Part shown: positions 11,863 through 24,872 of the stretch, piece after piece
Position numbering within the stretch: position 1 is the stretch's first letter
How the letters are laid out: the number at the start of each line of letters is the position of its first letter
From: Camelus dromedarius
Lineage: Eukaryota
Length of the DNA stretch: 64,000 bases
Assembly (NCBI RefSeq): GCF_036321535.1
Contig: NC_087451.1
Location: 15,686,001 to 15,750,000, forward strand
Reading direction: 5' to 3'
Translations under genes and position numbers: made by a program
Notes under the pieces: generated by a model
What the model saw: only the letters and a program-made list of their open reading frames with translations
Database searches by the model: none
What the model was told of the DNA's origin: nothing

Positions 11863-14800
11863 GTAAGTTTAGAAATGCATTATCAAATGTGTAAAGAGGG
11901 GAAATGGAGTAAGGAGCTGACCTGTTTGCAGCCAAAGGTTTAGGGCCATCCAGATCACATGTGTCTGCCTGCCCCCGGGCTAGGTGGCCACCCAGGGAGT
12001 GAAGCAGACCGAGGTCTGGAGTCCAGGAGTTTTATAAGAAGCCAGATGGTTCCACAGATAATTGGCCTTCTGCCCCAGGGTCCCTATTACCTTTTCTGCA
12101 TCACCAATGCCAAACGGTAAAGCTCCAAAAATCTGGGATATTATCTGTAGAGAAGAGCTGATGTCCCCACCCTGTGGACCTCACAGAGGGAGTTATGAGA
12201 TGCTGCAGAAGCAGGTGAGGTGGCCAGCTCGTTGCACCTGGTTCTGCCAGGCACAGACACCTGAGGAGCCTGCCTGGCATCCCCTGGTAAGATGAGAAAG
12301 CCCTTCCCTTAGAGAGGGACTGAGGACCGGTGGCAGGACCACGCATCCTTGTGAGGCTTGACCTTCAGAAGGGGGCCCTTAAAGGCCTATGTCAGTCCAT
12401 CAATTCTCCACTGCCCAACATTGCTGAAATTCCTTCCATGAAAAGCTGTGTAGAGCCTTCAAGATGCCAGGCCCATTATTTTGATCATCACCTTGGCTGT
12501 TGTCAAAAATCAAATACATCTTAAAGCCCCTGACTCAGGTTTCCAAATGAACCTTGTGCAAACAGTACAAGCCCTTGCAGAAGCTTCCCAAGAGGCATGC
12601 ACAGTGGCTACACCACTCCTGCTTTCTGGCCTCGTGAATCTCTGAGAAAACAGTGGTCATCTGATCAGCTGTTCCAGGTTTGTTAAACAACCAGTCATGT
12701 TACTTTGCAGACACACCTTGTGAATAAGCAATTTCTGAGAAAAAAATGGTTTCTTCCAAGAAAGAGAGAACACGGTGGAGCCCGGTGTTCCTCAGTATGT
12801 ATGCCAGGGCCCCATTCCAGACCTGCTGGATCATATTCTCTGGGACTAAGGCCCAAAAGTGTGCACACATGCCTTGGCCCACCTTAAATAAAAGCTCCAT
12901 TCATACTGTTAATGTATTTCCCTCAGAAAGAAGAGTAGATCCAGCCGGCACCACCTCAGTCATACAGAGGGCCAACTTAGGCCCAGAGAGTTTAGAAGTC
13001 TTTCCCAGAGTCACACAGCTGGAAAGTAACAAAGATGGGACCCGAATAGGACCCCTGCTCCTTTTTATCACTTTGCCTTTTTCCCTGAATGTCATAAAGA
13101 ATAGTAGGAGCCACCATAAAACCAAGGAACTGGAATTGGGTCTCTGACCTCATTCTGCCCTGCCTGTCTTGTCTTTGCTTTGGGGAGTGGTCATCCAGGA
13201 CCAGTAAGGAGTTCTTTCACCTTCAAAGTTTTTGCTTCTGACTTCTTTGGGTGGAATCTTGAGATGCTGCCACCTAGTGGCAAGGACCTGAGCTCTGGAC
13301 CCGGGTGACCTGGGTCTGAATCCTGCCTCTCCCATCTCTGAGCTGTATAGACAAGACATTCCCTCTTGGAATTCTCCGTTTTCTTCTGTCTGAAATAGGA
13401 GTCGCGTTGGCCACCTCTCACTGCTGTAGTCATCAGATACTAGGAGTTGACAGTGTAGCAGAGTGGCTGGCGTAGGGTGGGGAGCACAGTGCGGGAGGAG
13501 CCAATAAGGATTAGTTTTTTTAAAAGCAGGCTCTCTCCTTTCTTTAAAAGCAGAAACTTAGGGAACCATCAAGACTCATTTGGCTATTTGGATGCAGTGT
13601 CCAGAGACTCATGCCCCAGGGGAAACATTAAAATGTGCTTTCCCAGGATATGATGTTGGCTGCCTAACTGCCTTCCATCCTGGGCGAAAAAAATGTCCTG
13701 CAGGGTTTACATGATGATGAGAATAGTCAGCAGCAATTATTTCATGCTCAGACCGTGTGAGAATTGTGTCACAAGCATCACGAGGCCTTATCTTCGCAGC
13801 GCCCCTGGGAGGGAGGTGCTGCTGGGCTCCCCATTCACAGGTGAGGAAACAGAGGCTCAGAAAGGTTAAGTACCTTACCCTCGGTCACACAGCCAGGAAG
13901 TGACCAAGCCAGGGTGGGACTTTGTGACCCAGAGCCCAGTCTCTCAGCTGCGGAGGGCTGCCATCTTCGGACCAGCTAAGTGAGGGGGAGGGAGCACTCC
14001 AGGACCTGGTTCTCTGAGAGCTCACTGCCTCTTTTACAATGCAGAGTCTGTGGAAGAGCCAGGGCCACGCGGATCTCCCCTCACCATGACCACAGGCCCA
14101 GCAGAGCCCCAGAAACCCAGAGGTGTGGGGGGGCTGCCTGGCATCACTTTCAGTATCCCTGTCCTGGTCTTGCTTATCTGATGTCCTCAGCTCTAGGGAG
14201 AATGTAACAGTGAGGACCTTTAAGTCCTCCTACCCCCAGCCCAGCAGCCCAGAACAGAGCTTCAGAGCTTCAGGCTGGTATCAGAAGGGTGAGTGTGACC
14301 AAGGAGGGGCAGAGCTGCCTCCAGGCCCTGAGGCTACATCTAAGGGTGGACCATCCACCATCTGCTCTGCTCTGAGCAGCTTGGCCTCCGCAAGGGCCAG
14401 GGTGGGAACTAGAGACGGTGGACTGTGGGAGTCAGCTTGGAGACTTGCAGACACGGGACAGAGCCTCCGTCTGCATCCACACACAGGGCCAGCATGGAGA
14501 AAGCAGCGCAGGTCTGGTTGGAGAGGTCCCAGGTCCTGAGTACAAGTTCCAGGTTGGCTGATTCCCTTGGAGGAGATGAGGGTACTCTCTCCGGAGGTGT
14601 CTAAGCAGGAAAAACTCCCGGGGAGTATTGAGAAGGGAACTCAGGCAGTGGAGGTTGAGTTAGGGAACTTTTAAGTTTCTTCCAACCTGAGCATCTCAAA
14701 TTTCAGTTCTTCATCTTCTGTCTTTGAGGAGTCTGGGGAGAGGGAGACCTGGGCCCTGCCTGTAGCCCCTACCCCTGCAAGGACCATCTTCATCAAATCC

Positions 14801-15729
14801 AACACCTGCTTTTCCCCTGTGGGCCCCCTTCCCACCCAGTCTAGATTCATGATCATGCTTTAAGCTGCTCATCACCCTGAAGGCCATCAGATAAGGGAGG
14901 TGAGGTAGGTGGATGCCTGGGGCATTGAGCACACCTGGGACTGGGGGCGGGGGTGGGGCTGCCCTGAGAACACAGGAAGAGCTCAGAGAGAAGCTTTCTT
15001 ATTCCTGTTCTGTGGCCAAGTTGCCCTGGAGTGTTTGGCCTCCTAAAACCTGCTTCCTCCTTCACTCCAGAGGCCTGCCTATCTCCCTTCTCCTGAGTTA
15101 GCACCTTAATGCCAAGAGGAAATCCCCAAGAGTGAGTTGAATTGTTCACCAGTCTCCCCCAAGTTTCCAGAAGAATCAGCCTCCTGAAGGGGTCCAGCGA
15201 CTGGGTTGAGCTGGGTCAGTACAGGAGCCCAAAGGGTGTTGTCTAGAAGCGGGTTAGCTGGGCCCCAGGTGTCTCTGTGAGATTCCAGGAAGGGGCTGGA
15301 CCAGTTCTGCAGGGCTGTTTTAGATCCACGAACAGAGGAAACCCTTGTGCTTTATGTCTGAAGAGGTGGTTCAAGCCCATGTTTTCCAGTCCAGATCGGG
15401 GCTTGAATGCCTTTGTGACCAATTTTGGGAGTTCTGTGATTTCTATTTCCGGATGACTCCCGCAGCCCCTCAGAGCCTGTCAGGGAGGAGGAAGGTACAG
15501 CATTTCCCGTTCAGGCCCTTGTCTCCCTCAGCAGGATGGCAAAGAGCTTAATGAGGGCATTTCCACTCCCATCACGTAGCCTCTCAGAACCTCTGCGTCT
15601 TCACCGAGGATATAGGGGTTGTCATGAATCAGAGCTCACAAGTTCAAGTGTCAGTGTCATCCCAGTGTCTCCTCGTGGGCCTGAGTCCAGTGACCCAATG
15701 ATTCATGTCATTGATTTGGGTCATTTCAG

Positions 15730-15808
15730 AGTCGACTGTCAGCTTCACCGTTCCTCCCACCGTGAAGCTGGAAAATGGAAGCTCAGCCAGCATCAGCATC
15801 TCCCTTCC
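15730..15808 (+). CDS. CTNS: Cystinosin exon 4 (79 nt; ESTVSFTVPPTVKLENGSSASISISL)
   Basis: catttcag acceptor, gtaagt donor, phase consistent. Confidence 0.95.
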
Positions 15809-16696
15809 GTAAGTCCCCAGGCCCAGCTCTGTCCGCCCCGCTCGCTCACCCCATGGCTGGGTCAGGGCTCTCAGCCTGTCCATATTTCAAGTGTGATGCC
15901 CTTGCCTCTTTACTCTAAAATAAGCCAGGGAAAGAAAGGCACCAGCCCTGGGCCTCAGACAAAGGTCCCAAGGTTTCTCTCCCCTCAGTCACTGAATCCT
16001 TGTTTCTGGTGGGAGGAGGAAGACACATGAGCCTTTTCCCCAGCTGCCTTACTCTTGCCTCCCAGCCATGAGGATTCCCCTGTTTTTCTCTCTTTACCCT
16101 TCTCCCTTTTCCTCACGTCTCCTGGGAATTCTGATCTCAAACCAGAGCTTTGGGACCAAGGCTCCCTAAGAGACCTGCATTCCATTCCCAGCTCCTGCCC
16201 CCTCTGTATATTGACACCTTGTAAATCCAACACATTACCCCCTCAGCACAACTCTCCCCTCTGCAGAATCCTGGAGTGGCTTTCTACCACCTTCTAAATT
16301 AACTCCAGGCCTCTAAGCCCAGACTGGCGGCCCCCAGGGGCTGCTATCACTCAGACACATCTCACTGCTTTCAGGGGACACGCTGCTCCCTGCTACCTGA
16401 CCCCTCTCAGAAGCCTTTCCCACCAGAGAAGATGCCATGGCCCCATTGGCTTCTGGACACTTCATTTGGCATTCACAGGCAGTTTCCCACTTTTTCATGT
16501 TCTCACTCAGCTGTGATGGGACAGAAAACTCCTAAAGAATAGGGACCTCACCTCTCAACACCCCCGGGCCAAGCACATAGCACTTCCTCACTGTAATTGC
16601 TTGAGAAGTGACAGGCCCACTGTGAGATCCAGAGGGCTGGTTGAGATCTCACGGAGTCCAACTTCCCAGCAGTAATCAGACTCTTGTCCTCCACAG

Positions 16697-16781
16697 GCGT
16701 CCTTTAAATGGCACCTTGGTGATCACTTTTGAAATCACATTTCGTTCAAAAAACGTTACTATCCTTCAGCTCCCTGATGAA
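16697..16781 (+). CDS. CTNS: Cystinosin exon 5 (85 nt; [28 protein letters not shown])
   Basis: ccacag acceptor, gtaagt donor. Confidence 0.95.
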
Positions 16782-19239
16782 GTAAGTAATGAATCTTAAC
16801 TGATGGGCAGAGAACTACTGGATAACAAAACACATTTTAACTAAGTGCTTGTAGAAACAGGCCACCTTGTTTTTATACTGTGGGCAGCTCCTGTCCCATT
16901 GTTCTAGAAATGTCTGATTTTTGGCTTTGGTAGTCTCTTTGGGGATGGACGTTTTACACCATGTAGATGGAATTGGCAAGGTGATGGTTCTGAGAATGTA
17001 GAAGAAATTCTTAAGATGGTTTTCTAAGACCTTGCTACTCCAAGAACATTCACGGACCAGCAGCATTGTCCCTGTCTGACAACCTTTTAGAAATGCCGCC
17101 TCCCAGGACTACCAATTAAAGATCTGCATATAAGCAAGACGCCCAGATGATTTGGGTCCACAGTATAAGTTTGGAAAGCACTGTTTTGAGGTTCCATTGG
17201 CTGAGTGTTATTTCCAAAAACCAGTGCCAGAGGCCGTCTGGTATCATAGTGATAACTATTTGTAGCCTTTATGCATTTATCTGTTTATACATATCCTGCT
17301 TCCACCTTACCAAGGATTTGAGCCAGTTCCCAATCAACTAGATAAAAAAAAAATCAGTAGGGGGAAGCAACAATGTAGAGAGTGAAAAATAAATAAATTT
17401 TTTAAAAAGACAAGATAAAAAGAGGGATGAAATTGATAACCATGAGGCTCAGCAGGAGGTGTGGTTGTAGCAATGGGCTTCACCTCAGCTCTGAGACCCC
17501 AGCAAGCAAACAGCATTGACCCGCGATCAGATAAAGAGTGTCTGCCTGAAAGGACCTGTGTGAGAGGGGAGTCTCATCTCAGCCCGTGGTGAACAGATCA
17601 CCTCATTAGACAGGCCCATTTCCCACAACTTCCCCGTCCTGCCCCAGAGTGTGAGGCCTGCTGCAGGGTAAGAAAAGCCCTTGGTTCTAACAGCAGCTTG
17701 TGGCGCTCAGTCCTCTGAGGTCTGGTTTGATCCACAGATCAGATTTAACTCTGAGGCATGGACTCTGATCACTTAGTGTAAGCGCCAAACATTTAAGTGA
17801 AAGTATCATCTTTTAAAAATAAGTGAAAGTCAAGCATAACCTTAAGGGGGGAAAAAAGCCTGGACTGTATGATTCTTTGTACATAAAGTACAAACACAGA
17901 AAAAGCGAACCTATGGTGTTAGTCAGAGGAGTGGTTTCCCTTAGGGATCAGCTGTGACCAGAAGGGAATAGAACACAGCCTCTGGGGTCAGGAAATGTTC
18001 CATTTCTTGACCTGGGTGCTGGGTGCACTTTTCTGCACATATATTATAGGTTTTGTTTTTGTTTGTTTGTTTGTTTTCCTGGAATGGTGGCAGGTCCATC
18101 TGTAGAATGACCTGTATGGGCACCAACTCACTTTTCCAGGCTCGTGCCTCCCTGGCACCCCCCCAGCCTAGCTTTAACCACTCCTGTCTGCTCCCCGTGC
18201 CTTTGAAAACCACCGGTTAGAGCCTGGGGTCCACGCAGTTTAGGAGCCTGACCTGCAAGCCCTGGGCAAGGTACTTCCCCCGACACATCTCAGTTTCCTC
18301 TTGTGGACAGAAGGTTAATATTACCTCCTTGACAAGACCGCAAGGACAAAAAGCAGTAGCAAGTATAAAATGTGTAGGATTGGACCTGGCACATAGAAAG
18401 AAAGCAGTCAGTAAGATGAGAGCGATGAATTTTGCTATAGACCTAAAACTGCTCAAAAAAATATGGTTTATTCATTAAAAGGAAAAAAAATGTAGGGACA
18501 GTTGATTTCATTCTGCCTTGCATCAGTCCATTTCCAATTGGCTGATCTTCCTCCTGCCTAGTTCTGGAAGGGACTTGGTGGCCACTTAGAGATATGCAAG
18601 CAACATGGCCAGGAAAATCTGCTAATAATAAGAGTAAATGAGGATGGGGGAAAAAAAGAGCCAAGAGTAGTTCACATCGTGAAGATGTAGCTCACAAGAC
18701 ATTGGCCTCAGATTGGATCCCAGGCTTTGCTGCAGCCACGTACACCATCTTGTTTGTCCTGCCAAAGCCCCCTGATTTCTGGGGATAAAAGCAAAAAGTC
18801 AGTGTTCCGGGGTCACTGAGGAAGCCACTACAATCTAGTGAGCCGCATCCTCACGGTGCCCACAATACAGGTGGAAGGTGGGGCCCAGAGCATCGTCCAG
18901 GGAACAGAGAGGTGGGGGGAGGGGACAGTGTGGTTCGGGAGGGTATCACCCTACTCCCTCCCACACTTGGGGGATTTGAGAGCACCAGGAGGCATGATTG
19001 GGAGATCAGATGTTGCAGGCTGGCCTCCAAATACTGTTTCTTGGAGCAGAATTTTCAGTGAATATTGGGCAGAAATGAAGGTGAAGATGTTCTCCCTGCT
19101 GGTGTCTGGGGGGTGCACCTCTTCTGTGTTGTCACTTGGCAGCCAGGCTGGGCGTGGGGCAGACATCCTTCTGTGGATCTGGAGGAACCGTCCATAGTAG
19201 CGGAAGTGAAAGTGGTAGCAGTCATCGTAGGGTCTGAGT

Positions 19240-19405
19240 GATGGTAAATACTTCACAGCTTGCTGTGCGTCAGGCTCAGTGCCATAAGCTTTACGGATGT
19301 CATGTTCAGAGCAACCCTGTAAGGTAGACACTTGTGTTATCCCCTTTTGCAGATCAGAGCTCGAATAATTTGCCCAAGATCACATGACTAGTGAGAGGAA
19401 GACAG
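19240..19405 (-). mobile_element. MIR SINE remnant in CTNS intron 5
   Basis: Minus strand 'tctaccttacagggttgctctgaac...gtaaagcttatggcactgagcctgacgcacagcaagc' resembles the MIR 3' end. Confidence 0.55.
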
Positions 19406-19659
19406 TTCTCCCACCTTCCTGAAGAGACAAGCCGGGGGGAGGGTCTGAGGGTAGGGCTGGTCTGCTCAGAAAGCCGGACCCACGTCTAAGGGGGGTTCCA
19501 GTTGGCTGATCGGTCCAACATTTCTCCCTTCTGTTTGGAAGCTCCTAGAAGGCAGATTCTGTGCCATCTGTCCCTCCATTTCTTAGTGCATAGCCTGGAG
19601 CTGGACACTAAGTGAGGTCCGAATAACTACGTGGTGCTGGATCTAATTCGTTTTCCTAA

Positions 19660-19767
<108 letters not shown>

Positions 19768-19880
19768 TAGGCTGGCCTTAGCCCATGTGGGCCTTCAGTG
19801 AGAAGGGAGCCCGTGCTGGTACGTGGGGGCTCCTTTGGAAACCCAGCCTCAGCTCATCCGGGTTCCCACATCCTCTCTAG

Positions 19881-20012
19881 CCCAAGGATCCGCTTCGCCG
19901 TGATCCACAGCAACGTTGTAAGCATCATCAACCAGGTGATTGGCTGGATCTACTTTGTGGCCTGGTCCATCTCCTTCTATCCTCAGGTGATCACGAACTG
20001 GAGGCGGAAAAG
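19881..20012 (+). CDS. CTNS: Cystinosin exon 7 (132 nt; TM1 and first PQ motif, ISFYPQV)
   Basis: ctctctag acceptor, gtaacc donor; ORF-track peptide [16 protein letters not shown]. Confidence 0.97.
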
Positions 20013-20699
20013 GTAACCTACAGAGCTGCACGTGCAGGTTAGCTTGTGGCCAGTCAGATGGGCATTCCAGCCAGGCTTTAGGCAGCATGGGTTCCAACGT
20101 GCCCCTCGGCTCTTCTCTCTTCCTGCCTTTTCTAGAAAATGGTCCAGTGTGAAAGGTCTAAGAGCCTGCGTAGGACTTGCAGTGCTAGGCGTTTGGTCTC
20201 TTGCCTGATTCAGCCCTCCCTGTGGAGGGCTTCTCAGTGACGTGGAGAAGGGGCCAGGTGAGGGGTCCACTCGAATCTGCAGTGCTCCTGGTTCACCCAG
20301 CCCTGCAGGAATTAGTGTCAAGTTGTGCCCCAGTGCAGGAGTGGGACGAAGTCGGCCCACTTCAGTTTTAGAGACAGAGGGTCCAGGCTTACATCTCCTT
20401 GCAGCAGGGACACCAGCTCCCTGCTAGGATCCAGGGAGGAAGGCCCTTCCTCTCTGAAGGAGGCCTCCAGACTTCCCTCTGGGGCCAGGACCTGAGGCAG
20501 GAGAAGTCTCTGGAGGGAGGGAAGGAAGGAGGAAGGAAGGGGTTCCCAGAAGGGCGGGATTGGATGCGTCAGGGGTGGCATGGAGAGGGATGTGAGGACC
20601 ATGCGGGAGCCTGGCCCTCCTTCTTGTGTCTTGGGAGCTCTGTCCCCTCCAGTCCCCGGTCTCACACCTTGCCCTACTGTGTCTCTCCATCCCCCCCAG

Positions 20700-20799
20700 T
20701 GTCGTTGGTCTGAGCTTCGACTTCGTGGCCCTGAACTTGATGGGCTTCGTGGCCTACAGCGTGTTCAACATCGGCCTCCTCTGGGTGCCCTCCATCAAG
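20700..20799 (+). CDS. CTNS: Cystinosin exon 8 (100 nt; [33 protein letters not shown])
   Basis: cccccag acceptor, gtacca donor. Confidence 0.96.
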
Positions 20800-20889
20800 G
20801 TACCACGCTTCCTGCCCCCTCAGCCCAGCCCAAGCTCTCCAGTGGCCTGGCTGCCCCTCACCCCCCACCTTCTCCCCGCCCCCAAACAG

Positions 20890-21009
20890 GAGCAGTTTCT
20901 CCTCAAATACCCCAATGGCGTGAACCCTGTGGAGAGCAATGACGTCTTCTTCAGCCTGCATGCGGTCGCCCTCACGCTGGTTGTCACAGTGCAGTGCTTC
21001 CTGTACGAG
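20890..21009 (+). CDS. CTNS: Cystinosin exon 9 (120 nt; [40 protein letters not shown])
   Basis: aaacag acceptor, gtgagc donor. Confidence 0.96.
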
Positions 21010-22071
21010 GTGAGCCGTGAGCCTCGCACCTGCCTCCGTGGGCTGCCCGGGCCAGCACCCACATCGCCTGCCTGCTGAAGATGCAGAAACACCCAGAAGG
21101 GAAATGTGTCTGTTCCCTCACACCTGCTCCCCAGGGTCTGGATGATAGGCCAGGCCCCATGCTGGGCACAGGGAACACCCAAGCCCTCAGGCCCCCCAGG
21201 TCCGGGGGTGAGGGACACAGAGGGAGCAGTGACGACCCAGCAGGCTGTGAGCTGTGCTGGCAGGGAGAGCACAGGCAGCTCGTGGAGGCCCTGACCCAGC
21301 CGGGGAGGAGGGGGAAGGAGGGCATCAAGGAAGTGGCACTGAGTTGTGGTCCATGGGACTGTGGGATGAGCAAAGTTCCCATGGTGATGGGGAAAGGGGG
21401 GGTGCACCCCAGCTAGGGGACAGAGCTGTGAAGGCCGGGGAGCAGCAAGAGGAACCATGAGCAGATGGATGTGGCCTGGGTGCCAGTGCAGGGAGCAGGA
21501 AAGGTCCTGGGGGTCTGGAGGGCCAAGCCGAGGAGCCTGGGCTCACCGCCTGTGTTGCTGGAGGGCCGTCTGCTGTCCCAGCAGGAAGGTCGGCGTTGTT
21601 TGGTTCTCTTTTCAGGGCATCTCCGATGCTGCTGTTTTCTTTCTCTTCCCCAGGGGGCGCACCTCTTCCCTTGGGGAGTTCCCTTCCCACACCAAGGCCT
21701 GCCAGGGGCTACATGGCCCCCACCTTCACAAACCTATGTTTTCTTACCCTTTGCTGAGAAGCTTAGGTGAGGGAGGCCTGCTTTGGGGAAAGGCAGGGGT
21801 GGAAGACAGATTTCAGGGACAGTCAGGCTCCCCTGGGTGGTGGAAGAAGCCTGGGCTGGGATGAGGTGCCAGGCCTCCAGCATGAGGGTGGCCATGGCCC
21901 CAGCACCCTTCACCCCTGGTGGGCCCTGCAAGGAACCCAGTTCCACAACGTGGGAACAAGAAGCAAACAGACTCTGCCAAGTCCAAGAAGATCGGAACTA
22001 GAGACCCTGATGGTGACGGTGTGTTTGGTGCTGGGCTCTCTGCGCCCCACCCCTCCCTGTCTCATCCTCAG

Positions 22072-22242
22072 CGAGGGAACCAGCGCGTGTCCTGGCCTGC
22101 CATCTGTTTCCTCATGCTCTCCTGGCTCTTCACGTTCATCGCCCTGATCATGGCCGCAGTCGGGGCCACCACGTGGCTGCAGTTTCTCTTCTGCTTCTCC
22201 TACATCAAGCTGGCGGTGACGCTGGTCAAGTATTTTCCGCAG
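22072..22242 (+). CDS. CTNS: Cystinosin exon 10 (171 nt; RGNQRVSW...[12 protein letters not shown])
   Basis: atcctcag acceptor, gtacct donor; second PQ motif (YFPQ). Confidence 0.97.
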
Positions 22243-23974
22243 GTACCTCCAGGGCCCGCCTGACTTATCCCGTGGCCATTAGTATGAGAGGGGTGAGACG
22301 GACGCCGCATGCCCTGCTCCCATGGGGCAGCTTCTGGTCAGGGCGACGAGACGGGGTGGAAAGCTACAGGGAGGAGGCCAGGGAGCCCAGCAGAGTGGGG
22401 CCTGAAGCCCCCCCGTGACCACTGCATGCCCTTCTCTGGGACCGGGACTCCCACAGGAAGTCAGTGGGGACTTTTCTGAGCTCACATTCAGCACTGAGAG
22501 TCAAGGTCATGCTGTCTCTCTCTTCCCGCCTTTCTAATGACTTCAGTTCTCCCCCTACCTTACCACCACCGCCCATTCCCACCAGCTGACATCCCTGACA
22601 AGCCACAGGGGGATCCTGGGGAAGATGAGATGGGAGCGGGGAGACCATCGCCATCCAGGGTTCTCCTCTTGGGCCCTCAGGGCCTCGAGTACTCAGACAT
22701 TCCTGGTCCTATGCGGGTCAAACACAGCTTCCCCCGGAGCCAGAATGGCCCAGCATAGGGCCGGGAATGTAGGAGCTGCAAGCTACAGACTCTTCCCATG
22801 AATCTAGTGCCCCATTCCCAGGGGAGAAGCCCCCTCTTCAGCTTCCCCAGCACTGGGAATCTTGTGCTCTTTGGGCTTAGGAAGGAGAGCGTCTTGGCCA
22901 GAGTCAGGGCTGCTGTCCCAGAAGGCATGGAAACAGCCAGACCCTTAGGGATGAGCAGGACTCAGTTCCATGGACCAGAGAGGAGGGGGCACCCCAGGCC
23001 AGGGCGGACTGCACAAAGTCCTGGGCAGAGAGGCGTGGGAGGCAGCCAGGAGACCTTGCTGGCCAAGTGGTGTTGAATGAAGCTCAAAAGGCGGGGCAGG
23101 TCCTGGGGACTTTGCAAGGAGGCCTAGGAACAGGGGAAGGTCCTGGGGGAAGGTGGGGCTTCAGTCCCTGAGTTTGGGAAGGCTCAGGCCTGGGAAACCT
23201 GCAAGGCAGGAGCCCCAGGTAGAGATGTTTGGAAGCATCCAGGACTGAGGAGGTGGCAGCAAGTATGGAAGAGGGTGGGAGAGGACGAAGAAGGGGACTT
23301 GACAGGCGACTGACTGGGAGAAGACCACTACAGAGGCCAAGCCATCCCTCCAGGTGCTGGGAAGGGAGGTCACAGCAGTCAGAGGAGCCCAGAGGAAGGA
23401 CGTGGAGCACTGGCAGCAGGAAGAGGGGCAGCGTCCACGTGGGTGAGACCTGGGAAGCCCAAGGTGGAGGCCCCAGAGCCCAGCCAGGGCTGAGGAGGGA
23501 GTTAAGTCCACTCGAGATGCGGAAACCGAGGCTGGGAGAACTCAAGGAAACATAGCTCTGAGGGTGGAGCTGGGATTCCAAACCAGGCATTCAGACTCCC
23601 AGCCCATGTCCCAGGCACAACATGAAGCCCAGGCAGAGTTTGGGGAAAATCTCCACTTGAAGATGAAAAGAAAAATCAGAGTTGCTAGAAAGCCAGGGTA
23701 GGGAGGGATGAAGAAGACAGAGGCAGCATCTCCCAGTCCCTTCGCTGGATTGGGAGGTGCAGGGATGGGAGGAGGGGGGCTCTGTTTGCTGTGCACGCAG
23801 ACGAGTCCCCCCAGGACCCGCCCAGGCTGTTCCCGGAGCCCAGGCTTGTCGGAGCCCAAAGGTCATTGTGTTTCTTGGAGCTGAGGTCCAAGCACATGAG
23901 TGGGAGGAATGAGAGCCGCTCTTGTTTGGAGCCGTGGTCATGAGGTGCAGGAGGCCACCACCCAGCCCCCTCAC

Positions 23975-24130
23975 NNNNNNNNNNNNNNNNNNNNNNNNNN
24001 NNNNNNNNNNNNNNNNNNNNNNNNNNNNNNNNNNNNNNNNNNNNNNNNNNNNNNNNNNNNNNNNNNNNNNNNNNNNNNNNNNNNNNNNNNNNNNNNNNNN
24101 NNNNNNNNNNNNNNNNNNNNNNNNNNNNNN
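23975..24130. other. CTNS: Assembly gap (156 N), inferred to contain CTNS exon 11 (118 nt in human)
   Basis: No exon-11 sequence (AYMNF...SYNN) elsewhere between exons 10 and 12; exon 10 ends in phase 0 and exon 12 starts in phase 1, which a 118-nt exon reconciles. Confidence 0.75.
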
Positions 24131-24387
24131 AGCAGACTGCTGCCCACACCTGGCAGGCTGGAGGCACAGGGCGGGGGCCAGGCTTCCTGGAAGCTACCTC
24201 CCCACCCTGCTTCGGGAATCCAGGCCAATCCCAGACCCCAGGGCAAGGCTCACCTAGGGGCTTTTGCAGCTGGAGGGTTTGTGGTTTCCTGGGCACATGA
24301 GCACCCCCACCCCACCGCAGCCCCACATGCTCCAGCCACTGCCAACCTAAAACTAAAACCAATTCTGTCCCCTCTGGCCATTAACAG

Positions 24388-24521
24388 ACCAGTGGACGCT
24401 GATCTTTGGAGACCCAACCAAATTTGGACTCGGCATCTTCTCCATCTTTTTCGATATTGTCTTCTTCATCCAGCACTACTGCTTGTACAGAAAGAAACCA
24501 GGGTATGACCAGCTGAACTAG
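24388..24521 (+). CDS. CTNS: Cystinosin exon 12, canonical end ([15 protein letters not shown]...[11 protein letters not shown])
   Basis: ttaacag acceptor; GYDQL lysosomal sorting motif; TAG at 24519-24521. Confidence 0.97.
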
Positions 24522-24872
24522 CTCCCAGGGACCCAGCATAAGCAGCCTGGGCCCTGGGCCCTGGCAGGGAAGGCTCCACCAGCAAGGCTGGAGAAGCAGT
24601 CTGGAGGGCAAGGCTGGCTCCAGGTGCCAGAAGTGGAGAAGCACCCTCTTCCTCAGGGCCAAATGCCTTAAACCAGCCTGCCTTCATTCAGGACTCTCCC
24701 GGGCCAGGGAGGAACCTCTCTCTGGGACAGGCACTGGCTGTGCTCTGAGATTAAAAGCCAAACCACTGGCGGCCCCTCCCTGCCTCCCCAGGGGTCTCAG
24801 CCCCTCCTGGGCCTTACCGGCCAGGCACCTGGCCCTCCTGCATCTTGATGCTGCATCTCTATTTTCTTTAAG

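Noticed and set aside
18951-19331. 126-aa minus ORF with a J-domain-like 'SEHDIRKAY'
   Set aside because: That segment is translated MIR sequence; no HPD motif and no supporting splice structure
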